DNA from: Bdellovibrionales bacterium
GTDB taxonomy: Bacteria; Bdellovibrionota; Bdellovibrionia; Bdellovibrionales; CAYMLA01
DNA: 64,000 bases
Assembly: GCA_965217115.1 (NCBI GenBank)
Contig: OZ244239.1
Coordinates: forward strand, 1,440,001 to 1,504,000
Direction of reading: 5' to 3'
Shown in pieces: positions 61,140-64,000 of the stretch. A program made the translations under genes and the position numbers. Numbering within the stretch: the first letter of the stretch is position 1; every line of letters starts with the position of its first letter. A model generated the notes under the pieces. That model saw only the letters and a list, made by a program, of their open reading frames with translations, was not told where the DNA came from and made no database searches.

Positions 61140-62735
61140 GTGGGACAGTCGTCGGAAAAAACATCAGGACAAAGTTATTTAGATGTGGGTAGAGGCCTTA
61201 AAGCATGGTTGACGACCCTTGATCATAAAAAAATTGGTATCATGTACATGATAAGTGTCATGGCCTTCTTTGCTGTGGGCGGTTTTTTTGCTTTGGCGTT
61301 GAGATTGGAGCTTTTCAAAGTGGGTGAGACCATTATGACGGCCCAGGTTTATAATGAGTTTATGACAGCCCATGGGGCTATTATGGTTTTTATGGTGATT
61401 ATTCCAGGAATTCCCGCTATTTTTGGAAACTTTGTTCTGCCTTTGCATCTAGGAGCTAAGGATGTGGCCTTTCCTCGTTTGAACTTAGCGAGTTGGTACA
61501 TGCTGATGCTTGGCGCGATAATGGCTATTTTAACTATTTTTATGAAATCTCCTGACACTGGTTGGACGTTCTATACGCCCTACAGTATTGAGACAGACGG
61601 TTCGGTCACACTGATGGTGCTAGCGGCGTTTATTATGGGAATGTCCTCTGTTTTTACGGGGCTTAACTTTATTGCGACAGTTCACAAGATGCGTTGCCCT
61701 GGGATGAGTATGATGCGTATGCCGCTAATGGTGTGGGCGCTTTATTCGACAGCGATCATCCAAGTTTTAGCGACACCAGTTTTAGCGATAACTCTTATTC
61801 TTTTGGCACTAGAGAGAATCTTGGGCATTGGTTTTTTTGATCCAGCACTGGGTGGAGATCCTGTTTTATTCCAACATTTCTTTTGGTTTTATTCTCATCC
61901 AGCGGTTTACATTATGATTTTACCAGCTATGGGTGTGGTGAGTGAGGTAGTAACTGCTTTTTCTCGTAAGACGATTTTTGGCTATACGGCGATTGTTTAT
62001 TCGAGTCTTGGAATTGCGGGAGTGAGTTTTCTTGTGTGGGGGCATCACTTGTTTGTCAGTGGTCAATCAGAGGTGGCGGGATTGGTGTTTTCCTTCTTGA
62101 CCATGTTAGTTGGGGTTCCGACTGCGATAAAAATGTTTAATTGGGTGGCAACAATGTACAAGGGGAGCATTTATATGGCGACCCCGATGTTGTATGCATT
62201 AGGTTTTTTATTTCTTTTTGCCATCGGTGGTGTGACAGGTATTATGTTGGCGTCTTTGGCGGTCGATGTTCATTTTCATGATACATACTTTGTTGTGGCT
62301 CACTTTCATTATGTAATGGTGGGTGGAACCTTGATGTCGATCATGGCAGCCTTCTTTTATTGGTTACCAAAAATGTTTGGTCGCATGTATAATGAGATAG
62401 GTGGTCGATTGAGTTTTATTCTTATTTTTGGAGGATTTAATGTGACGTTTTACCCTCAATTTGTCCTAGGAGCGCTGGGAATGCCTCGTCGGTATTTTGA
62501 TTATTTACCAGCTTACGAGTCATTGAATCAAATTTCTACGATAGGTTCATGGTTGATTGCTTTGGGGTTTATAATAGGGTTAATCACAATTGTACATGCT
62601 ATTTTTAAAGGAAAAAAGGTGGGAGATAATCCATGGGGAGCAAAAACTCTTGAGTGGACGATTCCCTCTCCTCCGACAGAGCATAATTTTGAAACTATAC
62701 CTACAGTGACGGCAGGGCCTTATGAGTACAGATGA
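61140..62735 (+). CDS. coxA: Cytochrome c oxidase subunit I (A2 type)
   Basis: YSHPAVY, WGHH, HFHY. Confidence 0.97.
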   Translation: MGQSSEKTSGQSYLDVGRGLKAWLTTLDHKKIGIMYMISVMAFFAVGGFFALALRLELFKVGETIMTAQVYNEFMTAHGAIMVFMVIIPGIPAIFGNFVLPLHLGAKDVAFPRLNLASWYMLMLGAIMAILTIFMKSPDTGWTFYTPYSIETDGSVTLMVLAAFIMGMSSVFTGLNFIATVHKMRCPGMSMMRMPLMVWALYSTAIIQVLATPVLAITLILLALERILGIGFFDPALGGDPVLFQHFFWFYSHPAVYIMILPAMGVVSEVVTAFSRKTIFGYTAIVYSSLGIAGVSFLVWGHHLFVSGQSEVAGLVFSFLTMLVGVPTAIKMFNWVATMYKGSIYMATPMLYALGFLFLFAIGGVTGIMLASLAVDVHFHDTYFVVAHFHYVMVGGTLMSIMAAFFYWLPKMFGRMYNEIGGRLSFILIFGGFNVTFYPQFVLGALGMPRRYFDYLPAYESLNQISTIGSWLIALGFIIGLITIVHAIFKGKKVGDNPWGAKTLEWTIPSPPTEHNFETIPTVTAGPYEYR

Positions 62736-63411
62736 GTCAATTGTTACAGAATCAGGGCATCATGTGCCCCATCATTTTAACAGCGCTCATCATGAGTACT
62801 CCTCAAGCAAGCAGGGGGTTTGGTTATTCCTTGTGACCGAGATGATGATGTTTGGCGCAGTGATTATGGCCTATGCTATGATGAGAAATGTTTATCCAGA
62901 AGCTTTTGCCCAAGGGGCGACATTTTTGAATTGGAAAATGGGTTTTATCAATACTTTAGTTTTAATAACCAGTTCATTTACGATGGTTCTGGGAATTCAT
63001 TATGCTCAAAAAAAAGAGCCTAAGAAGGCGGCAATAAATCTTTGGATCACAGTTCTTTGTGGCGTGATCTTTATGGTTATTAAATATTTTGAGTATAGTC
63101 ATAAAATTCATATAGGTATTATGCCTGGAAAGCTTTTTAATGCCGATATGTTAATGGCTTCAGGAGAGTTGGGAGGGGCTGCTATTAAAACCCATTTGCC
63201 TTTGTACTTCTCTTATTATTTTGTATTGACGGGAATTCATGGTCTTCATGTATTGATAGGAATGGGTTTAGTGGCTTGGGTGGCAATTCGAGCTTCTAGG
63301 AATGAATTTGGACCTGATTATTATACCCCTGTTGAAGGCGTGGGTTTATTTTGGCATTTGGTGGATCTAGTGTGGATTTATTTATTTCCAATGCTTTACT
63401 TGGTGGGTTAG
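62722..63411 (+). CDS. coxC: Cytochrome c oxidase subunit III
   Basis: WLFLVTE, TGIHGLHV, FWHLVDLVW. Confidence 0.95.
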   Translation: MSTDESIVTESGHHVPHHFNSAHHEYSSSKQGVWLFLVTEMMMFGAVIMAYAMMRNVYPEAFAQGATFLNWKMGFINTLVLITSSFTMVLGIHYAQKKEPKKAAINLWITVLCGVIFMVIKYFEYSHKIHIGIMPGKLFNADMLMASGELGGAAIKTHLPLYFSYYFVLTGIHGLHVLIGMGLVAWVAIRASRNEFGPDYYTPVEGVGLFWHLVDLVWIYLFPMLYLVG

Positions 63412-63442
63412 TGCGTGTTTGAAGAGATAGAAGGGAGTAATT

Positions 63443-63745
63443 ATGGCAACTCATGAAAAACATATTACGGCGAAAACCCATTTAAAAGTTTTTGTGGCGT
63501 TGATAGCTTTAACGGTTATTACGGTGATAGCTCCCCATTTGGACTTGTACTGGATGGCAACTCCTGTGGCTTTTTTGATAGCGACAATAAAGGCCTGTTT
63601 GGTGTTGTTCTTTTTCATGCATTTAATTCATGATGAAAAATTAAATGTAGTTATCATTGGGTCGAGTTTTTTCTTTTTAATGTTGTTTTTATTTTTTAGT
63701 GCGTTGGATATATTCACTCGTGTACCAGAGGTGAGTACATTATAA
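63443..63745 (+). CDS. Cytochrome c oxidase subunit IV
   Basis: LIALT..IAxIKA..FFMHL. Confidence 0.88.
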   Translation: MATHEKHITAKTHLKVFVALIALTVITVIAPHLDLYWMATPVAFLIATIKACLVLFFFMHLIHDEKLNVVIIGSSFFFLMLFLFFSALDIFTRVPEVSTL

Positions 63746-63825
63746 AAACTCTTAAAATACACGTTTAAAGGGTGACCTTTTTATTGAGGAGTCGTTTCCA
63801 GAGTAGGTGAGGGTTGCTTCATTCA

Positions 63826-64000
63826 TTGAAAATTTATGCTGATTTAACTAAGTTTGGCATTGTGATCTTTTCTTTGATCACTGTTATTTTTGGCTATGCA
63901 TTGGGCTTTTCTGTAGATAAGCAATTTGATTTGGTTCATTTTTTAACGATGATATTTGGGTTTTACTTATTGTCATCGGGCAGTTTGGCCTTTAATCAGT
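63826..64000 (+). CDS. ctaB: Protoheme IX farnesyltransferase (partial, runs off the window)
   Basis: KIYADLTKFGIV..SSGSLAFNQ, at the end of the cox operon. Confidence 0.75.
   Translation, partial: MKIYADLTKFGIVIFSLITVIFGYALGFSVDKQFDLVHFLTMIFGFYLLSSGSLAFNQ

Overview
AT-rich bacterial chromosomal window, most likely Bdellovibrionota. This is inferred from the tmRNA tag GDNFAMAA, a TIGR02147 protein, many orphan lipoproteins and an A2-type caa3 oxidase. The left end is core genome: ybaB/ebfC, dnaX, SRP RNA, srkA, TIGR02147 protein, a DnaA-box cluster and tmRNA. An accessory region follows ssrA (about 5.2-15.8 kb). It holds an integrase-less mini-island bounded by a 198-bp duplication of the tmRNA 3' half, a truncated serine recombinase, and a LysR/secreted protein/diheme cytochrome module with mirrored operators. 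It also holds an M13-like lipoprotein peptidase, an ART-like orphan and two 169-bp repeat units (promoter, possible short ORF, terminator). Next come ABC-F, a DEAD-box helicase and a partly deleted persulfide-detoxification cluster. The rest is mostly housekeeping: acyl-CoA dehydrogenase, asnS, copA-csoR with operator, phoD, glpD, mreB, a histidine kinase, lpoB-like gene, glnB-glnA plus a non-lipoylatable GcvH-like gene, trmL, secA and the cytochrome c oxidase operon. All product calls come from motif recognition by eye; no database search was run.
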